DNA of 64,000 nt from Gemmatimonadota bacterium (GCA_026702745.1 JAPPBT010000058.1:72408-136407), one strand, 5' to 3'; positions 1-10,668 are shown, numbered from the stretch's first letter. Notes: generated by a model from the letters alone, not told the origin. Program-made: numbers and translations.

Positions 1-2
1 TC

Positions 3-68
3 CGGTCCATGATCGGCGGCGCACTGGCCGCCAACATGACCGCCACCGTGGCGGGCCTCCTGATGTAG
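3..68 (+). CDS. C-terminal end of a probable concentrative nucleoside transporter (NupC/CNT family), partial
   Basis: Frame reads RSMIGGALAANMTATVAGLLM*, resembling the CNT C-terminal helix; TAG at 66-68 overlaps the hrpA GTG. Confidence 0.6.
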   Translation, partial: RSMIGGALAANMTATVAGLLM

Positions 69-3000
69 TGGACGCCTCCAGGGACCATAGGCTGGCGGCC
101 GAGATCCGGGAACTGCTCCCCCGCTGCACGCTCAAGGACCGGCGGGACATTCAGCGTGGGCTGAAAAGGTCGCGCGGTGCACGCGGCGGGAGAGGGAGTG
201 GTGTGCGCAGCGAGAACGAGAGCGGCGACCGCAGTAGGAGCGGCGACCGCAGCGGGAGTGGCGGCGGTGCGCGCAGTGGGAGTGGGAACCACGGCCGGCT
301 TCGCAGGCTGAAGGAGCAGGCGGACGCCTCGGCAAGGCTTGTGGAGGCACGCCTTCGGTCGGCCCCCTCCGTCGACATCGACCCCCAGTTGCCCATTTCA
401 ACTCGAAAAGATGAAATCCTCGAAACCCTGCGTGGCCACCCGGTGGTTATTGTGACGGGAGAGACCGGATCGGGCAAGACGACGCAGCTGCCCCGGATCT
501 GTCTCGAAGCCGGCCGGGGTATATACGGCCGCATCGCGTGCACGCAGCCCCGGCGCGTCGCCGCCCTGTCGGTCTCGCGCCGCATCGCCGAGGAGCTCGG
601 CGCGACCTGGGGACGGGAAGTCGGGTGCAAGATCAGGTTCACGGACGAGACCGTGGCCGAGACCCGTATCAAGATGATGACCGACGGCATGCTGCTCGCC
701 GAGATACAGCACGATCCGGACCTGCTTGAATACGACACGATCATCATCGACGAGGCCCATGAACGCAGCCTGAACATCGACTTTCTGCTCGGTTACCTGC
801 GACTGCTGACCCGGCGCAGGAAGGACCTCAAGATCGTGGTCACCTCGGCGACAATCGATGCCGCCGCTTTCTCGAACGCCTTCGGCCAGGCGCCGGTCGT
901 CGAAGTATCTGGACGGCTGCATCCGGTGGAGATCCGATATCTGCCCCTCGAGGATACCCGGGGCGAAGCCGAAGTATATACCTATGTCGACGGCGCGGTG
1001 GACGCGGTAGACAGGATCATGGAAGAACCCGGCCGGGGCGACATCCTGGTGTTCCTCCCCACGGAGAAAGATATCCACGAGACCCGCAGGCGACTCGAAG
1101 GCCGGTCCTACCGCCATACCGACGTGCTTCCGCTCTTCGGTCGGCTGACCAACGCAGACCAGCAGCGGGTGTTTCGGCCGGGGAACAACCGGCGCATCGT
1201 CGTGGCCACGAACGTCGCCGAGACCTCGCTGACCATTCCGCGCATCAAGTACGTCGTAGATACCGGCCTCGCGCGGATCAGCCGGTACGCCGCGCGGACC
1301 CGCACCCAGCGACTGCCCATCGAACCCATTGCGAAAAGCAGCGCCCAGCAGCGGGCCGGACGGTGCGGTCGCGTAATGGGAGGGGTCTGTTTTCGGCTCT
1401 ACAGCGAGGCCGACCTGGCGGGCCGGCCGGAGTTCACCACGCCCGAGTTGCAACGCGCCAATCTCGCCGAAGTCATCCTGCGCATGCTGGCGCTGAAACT
1501 GGGCGACGTCCACGCCTTCCCCTTTCTCGACCCACCCACGCCCCAGGCGGTCAGGGACGGGTTCGGGCTGCTCGTCGAACTGGGGGCCATCGACCGGAAT
1601 CGGCGGTTGACCGGCCGGGGCAGGGAGATGGCTAGATTGCCGGTATCGCCCACGGTATCGCGCATGCTGCTGCAGGCCCGGCAGGAGGGTGCCTTGCAGG
1701 AGGTTCTCGTGATCGCGTCGGCCATCAGCATACAGGACCCCCGCGTGAGGCCGCTCGACCAGCAGGAACAGGCGGACGCCGAACACCGCAAATTCAGGAA
1801 CCGGACCTCGGACTTCCTGACCCTGCTCAATATCTGGGAGGCCTTTCACCGCACTTTCGAGCATCTGCAGACCCAGGGCGCCATGCGCAAATTCTGCCGG
1901 CAACACTACCTGTCCTACAACCGCATGCGCGAGTGGCGCGATATCTACGTGCAACTTCGCCGCGCGCTCCGGGAATCCGGCGGTTTCCGAGGAAGGGCGG
2001 GACGTACCGGAAAAGCACACTACGACGCGATCCACCGGTCGATCCTCAGCGGACTGCTCAGCCAGGTTGCGGAATTCCGGGAAGGCAACCTATATACCGG
2101 GGCCCGGAACCGCACCGCCATGATCTTCCCCGGTTCCGGTCTCTTTCGACGGAAATCGGTCGACCGACACTCGGAGAAACGACCTGCCGGTCGGGGGGAC
2201 GCGGAAACCGGGAGGGATGGTGCGGATGGACCACGGAACACGACCGGCGCCGCAACCTGGATCGTAGCCGCGGAGATGGTCGAGACCAACCGGCTTTATG
2301 CGCGCACGGTGGCCCGGATACAATCCGTTTGGGCCGCCGAACTGGGCCGCCACCTGTGCCGCGCTTCCTGCTCCAATCCGGGGTGGGACCGGTCCACCGG
2401 GCGGGTGACGGCCACGGAAACGCTGCACCTGTACGGCCTGATGGTCGCCCGCCGTACTGTCGACTACAAGAAGATCGATCCCGATGACGCGACGCGTATT
2501 TTTATCCGCGAGGCACTAGTCGGCCTGGACGGCCAGAGCGGCCTGGACGGCCAGAGCGGCCTGGTCGGCCCGGTCAGCCCGGTCAGCCCGGTCGGCCCGG
2601 ACGGCGAAGATCTGCGAGCCCGGCATGACTTCCTGGAGCATAACCGCAAGATACGGCGGGATGCCGAAACCTGGCTGCTGCAACACCGTAACGCCTACCG
2701 CGTCGATCTCGACGAGGCCGCCTTCCGTTTCTACGAAGAACGGATCTCCGGGGTATCTTCGGTGCACGATCTCAACCGGCTGATGAAGACTGCCGGCGAG
2801 GAGGACACTTCCTTCCTGCACATGGAAATCGGGGATCTCACGGGAACCGCGGAAGAAGAGGGTGGGGCGGGAGGCCAGGATGGACCGGGCGGACCAGGAG
2901 GGCCAGGCAGTCCGGACCGGCCAGGCCGACCAGAGGGCTTCCCGGAACATTTCAACCTGGAAGGCGATCTGCTTCCCCTGCAGTATGCCTGCCGCCCGGG

Positions 3001-4300
3001 CCGTGAAGAGGATGGGGTCACCCTTACGCTGCCGGCAGACCGCGTCCATCTGCTGGATACCGATACGCTGGAATGGCTCGTGCCCGGCCTACTATGCGAG
3101 AAGATCGAAGCCCTCCTCCGGGGGCTTCCCGGAAGGAAACGCAAGCAGCTCGTGCCCATTCCGGAAACGGCCCGGACGATTGTGGAGAGCCTGGATCCTT
3201 CCGCTTCCTCCCTGACCGATGCGCTTGCGGCATACATCACCAGGCGGCACGGGATCGAAATCGACTCGACGGACTGGTCGCCCGGTTCCGTTCCCGATCA
3301 TCTGAGCATGCGCGTCCTCGTGACTGCGGAGGACGGGAGCACCGTTCTTTCCACCCGCGATCCGGACCGCCTGCAAGCCGAAGTCACGGACCGCGTCGCC
3401 GCCGTCGAATCGGAAGGATGGCGGAAGGCGGCGGAAAGCTGGGAGCAGTTTGACCTGCGGGACTGGTCGATCGGAGACCTGCCGGAAAGGGTCGAAATCG
3501 GTTTATCGGGAACCGTGCCGCAATACGCCTATCCCGGACTACAGGCCGATGACGACCTGGTGGACCTGCGCCTGTTCCGGGACCGTCACGAAGCGCTGCG
3601 GGAAAGCCGAGGGGGACTGGTACGCCTTCTCGAACGCCGGATGGGCGATGAAATGGCCTGGCTGCGCCGGGACCTGGCGTTTCTGCAAGACCTACATGCC
3701 CTGGCGGACCATGCCGGCGGGTCCGAAGCGCTGCAGGATTCCGCTTACGACCACCTCCTGGCCGCCCTGTTCACCCGGGAACCGCTGTATCCGCTGACAG
3801 CCCAGCGCTTCGAAGAAGACGTGGAGACCGCGCGGGCGCTGTTAAAGCAGCTCCCCCGCTGGTTTCGGCAACAGATGGAGGCACTGGAAGGGTTTGTCGG
3901 GAAAGACCTCGGAACGGCCGGCGCTTACCCCGGCATGAAAGACGACCTCGACCGGTTGTTTCCACCCGATTTCCTGCGGAAAACACCCGCCGTCGAATTG
4001 CCCAACCTGGGCCGATACCTCAAGGCGGTGGAAATACGTTCCCGCCGGGCCCGGGAAGACCGATCGAAGGACCTGAAGAAGGCGGAGCGGGTCAAGCCCT
4101 TCGTCGAAGCACTCAATTCACTCGGAGCCCGGGACAACGTGGATACCACCAGGCTGGATGAATTCAGGTGGTTGCTTGAGGAATTCCGCGTGTCGGTGTT
4201 CGCCCAGGAACTCGGGACCGCACGGACCGTCTCGCCGAAGAGACTGGAGGAATTAATGGGTAGGATCGAAGCGGGCTTCCGCGACCCGGGCGCTTCATGA
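68..4300 (+). CDS. hrpA: ATP-dependent RNA helicase HrpA (DEAH box)
   Basis: GETGSGKTTQLP, TQPRRVAA, DEAHERS, SAT, ATNVAETSLT, QRAGRCGR; C-terminal RWLLEEFRVSVFAQELGT typical of HrpA. Confidence 0.95.
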   Translation: MDASRDHRLAAEIRELLPRCTLKDRRDIQRGLKRSRGARGGRGSGVRSENESGDRSRSGDRSGSGGGARSGSGNHGRLRRLKEQADASARLVEARLRSAPSVDIDPQLPISTRKDEILETLRGHPVVIVTGETGSGKTTQLPRICLEAGRGIYGRIACTQPRRVAALSVSRRIAEELGATWGREVGCKIRFTDETVAETRIKMMTDGMLLAEIQHDPDLLEYDTIIIDEAHERSLNIDFLLGYLRLLTRRRKDLKIVVTSATIDAAAFSNAFGQAPVVEVSGRLHPVEIRYLPLEDTRGEAEVYTYVDGAVDAVDRIMEEPGRGDILVFLPTEKDIHETRRRLEGRSYRHTDVLPLFGRLTNADQQRVFRPGNNRRIVVATNVAETSLTIPRIKYVVDTGLARISRYAARTRTQRLPIEPIAKSSAQQRAGRCGRVMGGVCFRLYSEADLAGRPEFTTPELQRANLAEVILRMLALKLGDVHAFPFLDPPTPQAVRDGFGLLVELGAIDRNRRLTGRGREMARLPVSPTVSRMLLQARQEGALQEVLVIASAISIQDPRVRPLDQQEQADAEHRKFRNRTSDFLTLLNIWEAFHRTFEHLQTQGAMRKFCRQHYLSYNRMREWRDIYVQLRRALRESGGFRGRAGRTGKAHYDAIHRSILSGLLSQVAEFREGNLYTGARNRTAMIFPGSGLFRRKSVDRHSEKRPAGRGDAETGRDGADGPRNTTGAATWIVAAEMVETNRLYARTVARIQSVWAAELGRHLCRASCSNPGWDRSTGRVTATETLHLYGLMVARRTVDYKKIDPDDATRIFIREALVGLDGQSGLDGQSGLVGPVSPVSPVGPDGEDLRARHDFLEHNRKIRRDAETWLLQHRNAYRVDLDEAAFRFYEERISGVSSVHDLNRLMKTAGEEDTSFLHMEIGDLTGTAEEEGGAGGQDGPGGPGGPGSPDRPGRPEGFPEHFNLEGDLLPLQYACRPGREEDGVTLTLPADRVHLLDTDTLEWLVPGLLCEKIEALLRGLPGRKRKQLVPIPETARTIVESLDPSASSLTDALAAYITRRHGIEIDSTDWSPGSVPDHLSMRVLVTAEDGSTVLSTRDPDRLQAEVTDRVAAVESEGWRKAAESWEQFDLRDWSIGDLPERVEIGLSGTVPQYAYPGLQADDDLVDLRLFRDRHEALRESRGGLVRLLERRMGDEMAWLRRDLAFLQDLHALADHAGGSEALQDSAYDHLLAALFTREPLYPLTAQRFEEDVETARALLKQLPRWFRQQMEALEGFVGKDLGTAGAYPGMKDDLDRLFPPDFLRKTPAVELPNLGRYLKAVEIRSRRAREDRSKDLKKAERVKPFVEALNSLGARDNVDTTRLDEFRWLLEEFRVSVFAQELGTARTVSPKRLEELMGRIEAGFRDPGAS
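194..286 (+). repeat. Degenerate ~18-bp tandem repeat in hrpA N-terminus (SGDRS units)
   Basis: gagcggcgaccgcagtag / gagcggcgaccgcagcgg / gagtggcggcggtgcgcgcagtgg. Confidence 0.7.
2513..2605 (+). repeat. In-frame 9-bp-period minisatellite in hrpA (GLDGQSGLDGQSGLVGPVSPVSPVGPD)
   Basis: ggcctggac ggccagagc ggcctggac ggccagagc ggcctggtc ggcccggtc agcccggtc agcccggtc ggcccggac. Confidence 0.85.
2871..2938 (+). repeat. In-frame 9-bp-period minisatellite in hrpA, opposite orientation (GPGGPGGPGSPDRPGRP)
   Basis: ggaccgggc ggaccagga gggccaggc agtccggac cggccaggc cgaccagag. Confidence 0.75.
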
Positions 4301-4304
4301 GGCT

Positions 4305-4991
4305 TCAAGAGACGTATCGCGTCGGATCCTTGAAACCGGCTTCTTCGAATCCGTTCCGCCGGAGGATGCAGGCGTCGCATCGGCCGCATGCCGCCCCGTC
4401 TTTCGCCGGGTCGTAACAGCTGGTCGTGAGGGCGTAGTCCACCCCGAGCCGGACTCCGGTACGCAGGATATCGGCCTTGGACAATTCGATGAGCGGCGCA
4501 TGGATATTGAACCGGCCTTCGCCGCTCACCCCAGCGCGCGTGGCCAGGTTGGCCAGGTGCTCGTAGGCCGCGATATATTCGGGCCGGCAATCGGGATAGC
4601 CGCTGTAATCGATGGCGTTGGCGCCGATGTACAGGTCGAAGGCACCGAGCACCTCGGCCCAGCCCAGCGCGAAGGACAGAAAGATGGTGTTGCGGGCCGA
4701 GACGTAGGTGGACGGGATCTGCCCGGCCATGGTCTCCGGATCCTGATCCCTGGGCACAGGGATGTCATCCGTCAGCGCAGACCCGCCGATAGCCCGCAGG
4801 TCGAAGGGTATGGTCACGTGACGCCCCACCCCCATGGACTCGGCGACGCGCCTGGCCGCTTCGAGCTCGAAACGGTGGCGCTGGCCGTAATCGAAGGTGA
4901 TTGCGTGGCACGCGAATCCTTCGTGCCGGGCGATGGCGAGCGTGGTCGCCGAATCGACCCCGCCGCTGAGCAGGACGACGGCAGCCTTCAT
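4305..4991 (-). CDS. queC: 7-cyano-7-deazaguanine synthase QueC
   Basis: [40 protein letters not shown]; start trimmed to MKAAVVL. Confidence 0.95.
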   Translation of the reverse strand: MKAAVVLLSGGVDSATTLAIARHEGFACHAITFDYGQRHRFELEAARRVAESMGVGRHVTIPFDLRAIGGSALTDDIPVPRDQDPETMAGQIPSTYVSARNTIFLSFALGWAEVLGAFDLYIGANAIDYSGYPDCRPEYIAAYEHLANLATRAGVSGEGRFNIHAPLIELSKADILRTGVRLGVDYALTTSCYDPAKDGAACGRCDACILRRNGFEEAGFKDPTRYVS

Positions 4992-5178
4992 GGCGGTCCC
5001 ATCCATCAGGAAGTATAGAGCAGACTGGCGATGATGGATCCGGTGATCGGAATGCACCCTCGTCCCATGTATAGAACGCGGGAAGATTATACCACCGTTG
5101 CATAGATGCGATCGGGCGCAATATATTGAGTTAGTCGCAAAACCGCAATGCTTCTAGCCTGTAATCCGGAGGCAAAAC

Positions 5179-6063
5179 ATGTTCAGAGACGTGCGTGTTG
5201 CGGCGATCTCGTTCAAACCGGTCAAGCTGGACCTGCAGGGAAACGCGGCCCGGCTGGAGGGGATGTTTCGCGAGGCCGCGGCCGGTGGGGCCGAACTCGC
5301 GGTCGCGCCGGAGGGCGTGCTGGAAGGCTACGTGGTCAACGAGATCATCGACGGCGATATCTCACCGGAGGAAATGAACCGCGTCTCGCTCACTATGCGC
5401 AGCCCGGTCATCGGGCGGTTCCGGGAACTCGCGAAATCGCTGGATATGTGCCTCGCCTTCGGTCTCGCCGAGCGGATCGGGGGCGAGGTATACAACTGCG
5501 CGGTATTCCTGGACCACCGGGGACGGCTGCGGGGCAAGTACCACAAGATGCAGCTGGCAGAGGGCCATCACCGGTCGTGGTGGTTCAACTGCCTCGGCAA
5601 GCGGAGCCGCGCCTTCGACACCCCCTTCGGCCGGGCCGGCATGGTCATCTGCAATGATCGGTGGAACCCGGATATTGCCCGCATTCCGGTGCTCGATGGT
5701 GCCCGGTACCTGCTCATTCCCTCCTTCGGATCGACGGCCCGCGCCCAGGACCTTGCGGTGCTCTCCCGGGCCCGGGAGAACGGCGTGCCCATCGTCGAAG
5801 CCAACGTCGGCGTCACACTGATCGTGAGCAAAGGTGAAATCGTCGTCCTGTCCCGCAAGCAGACCGTTATTACCCATGGGACCATCGCCGTTCCGGCGCC
5901 GCCGTCGCTTCGGAACCGGGACCGTCATGAACGGGGATTCCTCGCCTGGCGCAGCCGCGAAATGCCCCTGCGGTACCGGGACCGTATGCGCAGAAGCAGG
6001 CAGGGCCGGGACACCGTTGAGGTCGGCCATGACGCGAAGGGCCGGCTGATCGACAAGGACTGA
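5179..6063 (+). CDS. Carbon-nitrogen hydrolase (nitrilase superfamily)
   Basis: Glu-Lys-Cys triad contexts APEG, KYHK, ICNDR; GGAGG upstream. Confidence 0.85.
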   Translation: MFRDVRVAAISFKPVKLDLQGNAARLEGMFREAAAGGAELAVAPEGVLEGYVVNEIIDGDISPEEMNRVSLTMRSPVIGRFRELAKSLDMCLAFGLAERIGGEVYNCAVFLDHRGRLRGKYHKMQLAEGHHRSWWFNCLGKRSRAFDTPFGRAGMVICNDRWNPDIARIPVLDGARYLLIPSFGSTARAQDLAVLSRARENGVPIVEANVGVTLIVSKGEIVVLSRKQTVITHGTIAVPAPPSLRNRDRHERGFLAWRSREMPLRYRDRMRRSRQGRDTVEVGHDAKGRLIDKD

Positions 6064-6149
6064 CGGCCTCAGAACCCATTGGTGCGCCTTAAAATGCGTC
6101 TTGCCTGTCCAATCGCTGTTCCCTTATCTTTTTCGTGATTGTCAGACGG

Positions 6150-6214
6150 CCGGCGTGCGGTTCGGTTCGCCGGCGTTTGGTATGGGCCACCGGCGTGTGG
6201 TTCGGTCCGCCGGC
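6150..6214 (+). repeat. Degenerate 20-bp tandem repeat (3 copies) upstream of nadE
   Basis: ccggcgtgcggttcggttcg / ccggcgtttggtatgggcca / ccggcgtgtggttcggtccg. Confidence 0.65.
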
Positions 6215-6267
6215 CGGAATGCCGGATCGACCCGTTTCGCACGGATTCGTTGCGAGATATGGTGATT

Positions 6268-8310
6268 ATGGACTCCAAGTTCACACCCGACCAGTTCCTC
6301 GACATCCGCAGTCACGGCTTCGTCCGCCTGGCCATTGCCGTACCCCGCATACGGGTGGGCGATCCCGCGGAGAACGTGGCCCATCACCTCGAACAGATCG
6401 AATCGGCCGGAAAACAAGGGGCTTCCTACGTCCTCTTCCCCGAACTGAGTCTCACCGGCTATACCTGCGCAGATCTCTTCCACTCCCAGGCACTGCTGGA
6501 AGGCGCCCTGGAGGGCCTGGAAGCGTTGCTCGACGGCACGGAGGATTTCGACCTGGCCTTCAGTTTCGGCATGCCGCTGCGGCTGGACCACGCGGTCTTC
6601 AACGTCGCGGTGACCTGCACACGCGGCAAGATCCTGACGGTAACGCCCAAGACCTATCTTCCCCAGTATCGCGAATTCTACGAGACGCGGTACTTCGCCC
6701 GGGCAGCCGAAGCGCAGACGGAGACCGTATCCCTCTGCGGCCGGGACGCGCCCTTCGGACCGGACGTGCTCCTGCGTACGGATGATCCCCGGGTGGTGAT
6801 CTACCCGACGATCTGTGAAGACGACTGGGTACCGGTCCCGCCGGCCAGCCGTGCGGCGCTGGCGGGGGCGACCATACTCGCAAATCTCTCCGCTTCGAAC
6901 ATCGTCATCGGCAAGGCGCAGTACCGCGCGGACCTCATCCTGGCCTCCTCGGGACGCAACGAAGCCGTACACCTGTACGCCGCGGCGGGCTTCGGGGAAT
7001 CGACCATGGACGTGGTATGGGACGGCCACGGGTTCATCGCCGAGCGTGGCTACATGCTGGCGAAAACGGAACGCTTTCAACTGGACGGGGCCTGCATCAC
7101 GGCGGACGTGGACGCAGAGGCGCTGGTGCTGGAGCGCGGCGTCCAGGGCTCGTTCCGGCAGAACGCCATGGACTACAAGTCATCCTGGCGGTCCGTCTCA
7201 TTGCCGGGCTTCCGACCCGGACAGGCCGGGGATGAGGATGCCGATGCCGCCGGAAGGGGTTGTGAAGCGACGCATCAAGCCTTCCATCGTGACATCCCGG
7301 CCCATCCCTTCGTACCGCAGAATCCGGCGGAACGCAGCCAGCGTTGCCGCGAGGTCTTCATGATCCAGGCCACGGGGCTGGCGACCAAGCTCAGATCGCT
7401 GCCCGAAGATAACCGGCGCGTTGTCATTGCGGTCTCCGGCGGCCAGGATTCGACCCACGCCCTGAACGTGGCGGTGCACACCATGGACCTGCTCGGTCTG
7501 CCCAGGTCCCGCATCGTGGCCCTGACCATGCCGGGACTGGGCACCACGGAGCGGACCTACACGAACGCCTGCGCCCTGATCCGGGCCGTCGGCGCTACGT
7601 TCCGGGAGATCGACATCAAACCCGCGGTGCGAAAGTTCTTCGCGGACATCGAGCATTCGGAAGACAAGAAAGACCTCGTCTACGAGAACACCCAGGCATG
7701 GACGCGGAAGCTGGAGGAGCTCGCCACGGCCGCCCAGGTCAGAGGCATCGTGCTCGGCACGGGAGACCTCTCGGAACTGGCGCTGGGATGGTGCACCATG
7801 TTCGGGGATCACGCCAGCCACTACGGGGTCAACGCCGGGATACCCAAGACCCTCATTTCCTACCTGATCAAGTGGACGGCCGACGTGGTCTTCGAGGAGG
7901 AACCGGAGGTCCGCGAGGTACTGCTGGACATCCTCGACACGCCCATTTCGCCGGAACTGCTGCCCCCGAGTGATCGCGAAATCGCACAGAAAACCGAAGA
8001 AGAGATCGGTCCGTACGAGCTGCACGACTTCTTCATCTACTACTTCCTGCGATTCGGCTTTTCGCCTTCGCGGATCGCCCGGATGGCGCTCCACGCCTTC
8101 GAGGGAAAGTACGGACTCCCCGAGATCAAGGCCTGGCTCCGCGTCTTCATCGTCCGGTTTTTCCAGAACCAGTTCAAACGGAACTGCCTGCCCGAAGGGC
8201 CCAAGGTCGGCATGACCTGCATCTCCCCGCGCGGCGACTGGCGGATGCCGTCAGATGCTTCGCCGGCAGCCTGGCTGGCGGACCTGGAACGCATCCCCGA
8301 TGCGCTATAG
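6268..8310 (+). CDS. nadE: Glutamine-dependent NAD+ synthetase
   Basis: Nitrilase domain ([19 protein letters not shown]) fused to [44 protein letters not shown]; start 6259 or 6268. Confidence 0.95.
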   Translation: MDSKFTPDQFLDIRSHGFVRLAIAVPRIRVGDPAENVAHHLEQIESAGKQGASYVLFPELSLTGYTCADLFHSQALLEGALEGLEALLDGTEDFDLAFSFGMPLRLDHAVFNVAVTCTRGKILTVTPKTYLPQYREFYETRYFARAAEAQTETVSLCGRDAPFGPDVLLRTDDPRVVIYPTICEDDWVPVPPASRAALAGATILANLSASNIVIGKAQYRADLILASSGRNEAVHLYAAAGFGESTMDVVWDGHGFIAERGYMLAKTERFQLDGACITADVDAEALVLERGVQGSFRQNAMDYKSSWRSVSLPGFRPGQAGDEDADAAGRGCEATHQAFHRDIPAHPFVPQNPAERSQRCREVFMIQATGLATKLRSLPEDNRRVVIAVSGGQDSTHALNVAVHTMDLLGLPRSRIVALTMPGLGTTERTYTNACALIRAVGATFREIDIKPAVRKFFADIEHSEDKKDLVYENTQAWTRKLEELATAAQVRGIVLGTGDLSELALGWCTMFGDHASHYGVNAGIPKTLISYLIKWTADVVFEEEPEVREVLLDILDTPISPELLPPSDREIAQKTEEEIGPYELHDFFIYYFLRFGFSPSRIARMALHAFEGKYGLPEIKAWLRVFIVRFFQNQFKRNCLPEGPKVGMTCISPRGDWRMPSDASPAAWLADLERIPDAL

Positions 8311-9355
8311 ACCACCCGGCGAAGTGCCGCCCCACTACCGGCCCGAGTCCGTCGAGACCTGCTGGCGCGTTCCCTACGGAGAACGGGCGGCCGATGCCCG
8401 CGCGTGGGCGGCGGAACACGGCATCCGATCCTCGGCCTTAGATGAATGGCGCACCGCGCTGCTCCTGGTGGACTGCCAAAACACCTTCTGTCTTCCCGAG
8501 TTCGAACTCTTCGTAGCAGGCCGGAGCGGCCGGGGCGCAGTGGAAGACAACGCGCGGCTCTGCGCCTTTATCTACCGCAATCTACATTCCATCTCGGAAA
8601 TCATCCCGACGATGGACACCCACACGGCCCACCAGGTCTTCCATCCGGTGTTCTGGGTAGACCGGGACGGCGAACACCCCACCGGCGGCGAGACCGTCAT
8701 CACACCGGACGACGTGGAAGCGGGAACCTGGCGCGTCAACCCGGCCGTGGAGGCCGGATTCAGCAACCGGATCGATCTCTCCGCCTACGCATTGCATTAC
8801 GTCCGGCGCCTCACGCGGGACGGCAAGTATCCCCTCATGATCTGGCCTTACCACGCCATGCTCGGGGGTATCGGCCACGCCCTGGTGTCCGCTGTAGAGG
8901 AGGCGGTCTTCTTTCACAGCATCGCCCGGGTGCGGCAGACGCGTTTCGAGATCAAGGGGAACCATGCTCTCACGGAAAACTACTCGGCGTTGCGCCCTGA
9001 AGTGACGGAAGACGCCGAAGGCCGCCCGCTGGGCGTGAAGAACACGCCGCTGGGCGTGAAGAACACGCCGCTGGTCGACCACCTGATGACCTTTGACGCC
9101 GTCATCGTGGCCGGGCAGGCCAAGAGCCACTGCGTGGCGTGGACGGTGGAGGATCTAAAGTCGGAGTTCGCCGCGCACAAGCCGTCCATGACCGCGCGCG
9201 TCTGCCTGCTGGAGGACTGTACCTCGCCGGTCGTCGTGCCCGGTGTGATCGATTTCACCGAAGAGGCGGAGGAGGCCTTCGGCCGTTTCGCCGACGCGGG
9301 CATGCACCGGGTGCGTTCCACCGTGCCCATGGACCGTTGGGGGATTCCGGACTGA
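8300..9355 (+). CDS. Isochorismatase/nicotinamidase-like cysteine hydrolase
   Basis: [30 protein letters not shown]; ATG at 8300 overlaps nadE end. Confidence 0.8.
   Translation: MRYRPPGEVPPHYRPESVETCWRVPYGERAADARAWAAEHGIRSSALDEWRTALLLVDCQNTFCLPEFELFVAGRSGRGAVEDNARLCAFIYRNLHSISEIIPTMDTHTAHQVFHPVFWVDRDGEHPTGGETVITPDDVEAGTWRVNPAVEAGFSNRIDLSAYALHYVRRLTRDGKYPLMIWPYHAMLGGIGHALVSAVEEAVFFHSIARVRQTRFEIKGNHALTENYSALRPEVTEDAEGRPLGVKNTPLGVKNTPLVDHLMTFDAVIVAGQAKSHCVAWTVEDLKSEFAAHKPSMTARVCLLEDCTSPVVVPGVIDFTEEAEEAFGRFADAGMHRVRSTVPMDRWGIPD
9026..9074 (+). repeat. Perfect in-frame 21-bp duplication (PLGVKNT x2)
   Basis: ccgctgggcgtgaagaacacg twice followed by ccgctgg. Confidence 0.9.
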
Positions 9356-9380
9356 GGACGCCCGGCACGCGACCGCTTCT

Positions 9381-10538
9381 CTACCTGCCGGAAGGACAGC
9401 ATTCCGCCGGACATCGATCCGGCCAGGGACCCAGGACGCCTTCGGCCGGCCGGGGCGTCCCGGCCATCCTGGTCGTCCCGGCCGGTCCGGTCGCCGCCGG
9501 GGACAACCGTTCTTCGACGAGGTCCACGATCATGTCCACGAAGCGGGGATGGGTCCCCGCCGTCTCCGCCCGGACCATGCACACCCCGAGTTCATCGCAT
9601 AAAGCCCGCGTTTCCACGTCCAGGTCGTAGGCCACCTCCATGTGATCCGAGATGAAACCCACGGGGATCACCACGATATCGCAGCCCGCCTGGTCCGCCT
9701 GATCCGCCGAGTCCACCTTGTCCGCCGAGTCCACCTTGTCCGACGAGTCCACCTTGTTCGACGAGTCCACCTTGTCCACCTGGTCTGCCCGGGCCGTTCG
9801 GGCCGCGCCTGCTTCGTGGAACGACCGGATATAGTCGCAGACGTCGGGTTCCAGCCAGGGCTGGGCGGGCGGCCCGCTGCGGCTCTGAAAGGTCAGCGCC
9901 CAGGAGGACGCGCTGACGCGCTCGCTGATGAGCCGTGACGCTTCGCGGAGTTGCGCTTCATAGGCACAGCCGCCGGCCATGGCCAGGGGTATGCTGTGGG
10001 CGGTGTACACGAGGTGCGCCTGCGGACGGCGTTCCCCCGGCAGGCGATCCAAAGCAGCGCGAACGCGCGCCGTCATCGTTTCGATGAATCCCGGGTGATT
10101 GAAAAAGGGCCTGATCTTCTCGATCACCGGTGCGTCGGGCCCCGCGTCGCGCCGGGCCGCCTCGATGTTTTCCAGGTACTGCCTGCAGTTCGACCAGGAG
10201 CTGTACGGAGACGTGACAAAGGCCAGCGCCCGCTTAATCCCGTCCGCGGCCATGCGCCCGACCGTATCCGGAAGCAGGGGATGCCAGTTTCGGTTTCCCC
10301 AGTAGACCGGCAGGGAGAGGTCGCGGGTTTCCAACGCCGCTTCCAGGGCGGAGATCAAGGCGCGGTTCTGGCCGTTGATCGGGCTCACCCCGTCGAAATG
10401 ATGGTAGTGTTCCGCGACCTCCATCATCCGTTCCCGGGGGACGCGCCGGCCCTTGAGCACGCGCTCGAGGAAGGGGATGACTTCGTCTGCGCCTTCGGGG
10501 CCTCCGAAGGAAACCAGGAGCAGTGCGTCGTAGTTCAA
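9381..10538 (-). CDS. hemH: Ferrochelatase, actinobacterial/CpfC-like type
   Basis: SFGGPE, GVSPIN, YWGNRNWHP, TAHSIP, QSRSGPP..WLEPD, GFISDHMEV.YDLD, C-terminal CPAECC. Confidence 0.92.
   Translation of the reverse strand: MNYDALLLVSFGGPEGADEVIPFLERVLKGRRVPRERMMEVAEHYHHFDGVSPINGQNRALISALEAALETRDLSLPVYWGNRNWHPLLPDTVGRMAADGIKRALAFVTSPYSSWSNCRQYLENIEAARRDAGPDAPVIEKIRPFFNHPGFIETMTARVRAALDRLPGERRPQAHLVYTAHSIPLAMAGGCAYEAQLREASRLISERVSASSWALTFQSRSGPPAQPWLEPDVCDYIRSFHEAGAARTARADQVDKVDSSNKVDSSDKVDSADKVDSADQADQAGCDIVVIPVGFISDHMEVAYDLDVETRALCDELGVCMVRAETAGTHPRFVDMIVDLVEERLSPAATGPAGTTRMAGTPRPAEGVLGPWPDRCPAECCPSGR
9687..9805 (-). repeat. In-frame 9/18-bp minisatellite in hemH (DKVDSS/DKVDSA units)
   Basis: + strand: cgcctggtc cgcctgatc cgccgagtc caccttgtc cgccgagtc caccttgtc cgacgagtc caccttgtt cgacgagtc caccttgtc cacctggtc. 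Confidence 0.9.
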
Positions 10539-10668
10539 AAGCCTTCCTCTCCGCAGGGTGTGCCGACTCTGTATTTCCTTGCCATGCTACCGGTTCGACC
10601 CTAATTTACGCACGGCTGGACCATCGGAATTTGGCGTGGTATCTCAGAATAGGCAACAGGGAAGCGCA

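Noticed and set aside
398-2035. Long antisense or alternate-frame ORFs (e.g. 398-2035, 27451-28878, 30627-32003, 36374-38197, 39158-40387, 59335-60870)
   Set aside because: Shadows of well-supported genes, expected in high-GC DNA; no recognisable motifs.
4992-5178. preQ1 riboswitch upstream of queC
   Set aside because: I could not find the preQ1-I hairpin with A-rich tail; an Rfam scan would be needed to exclude other classes.
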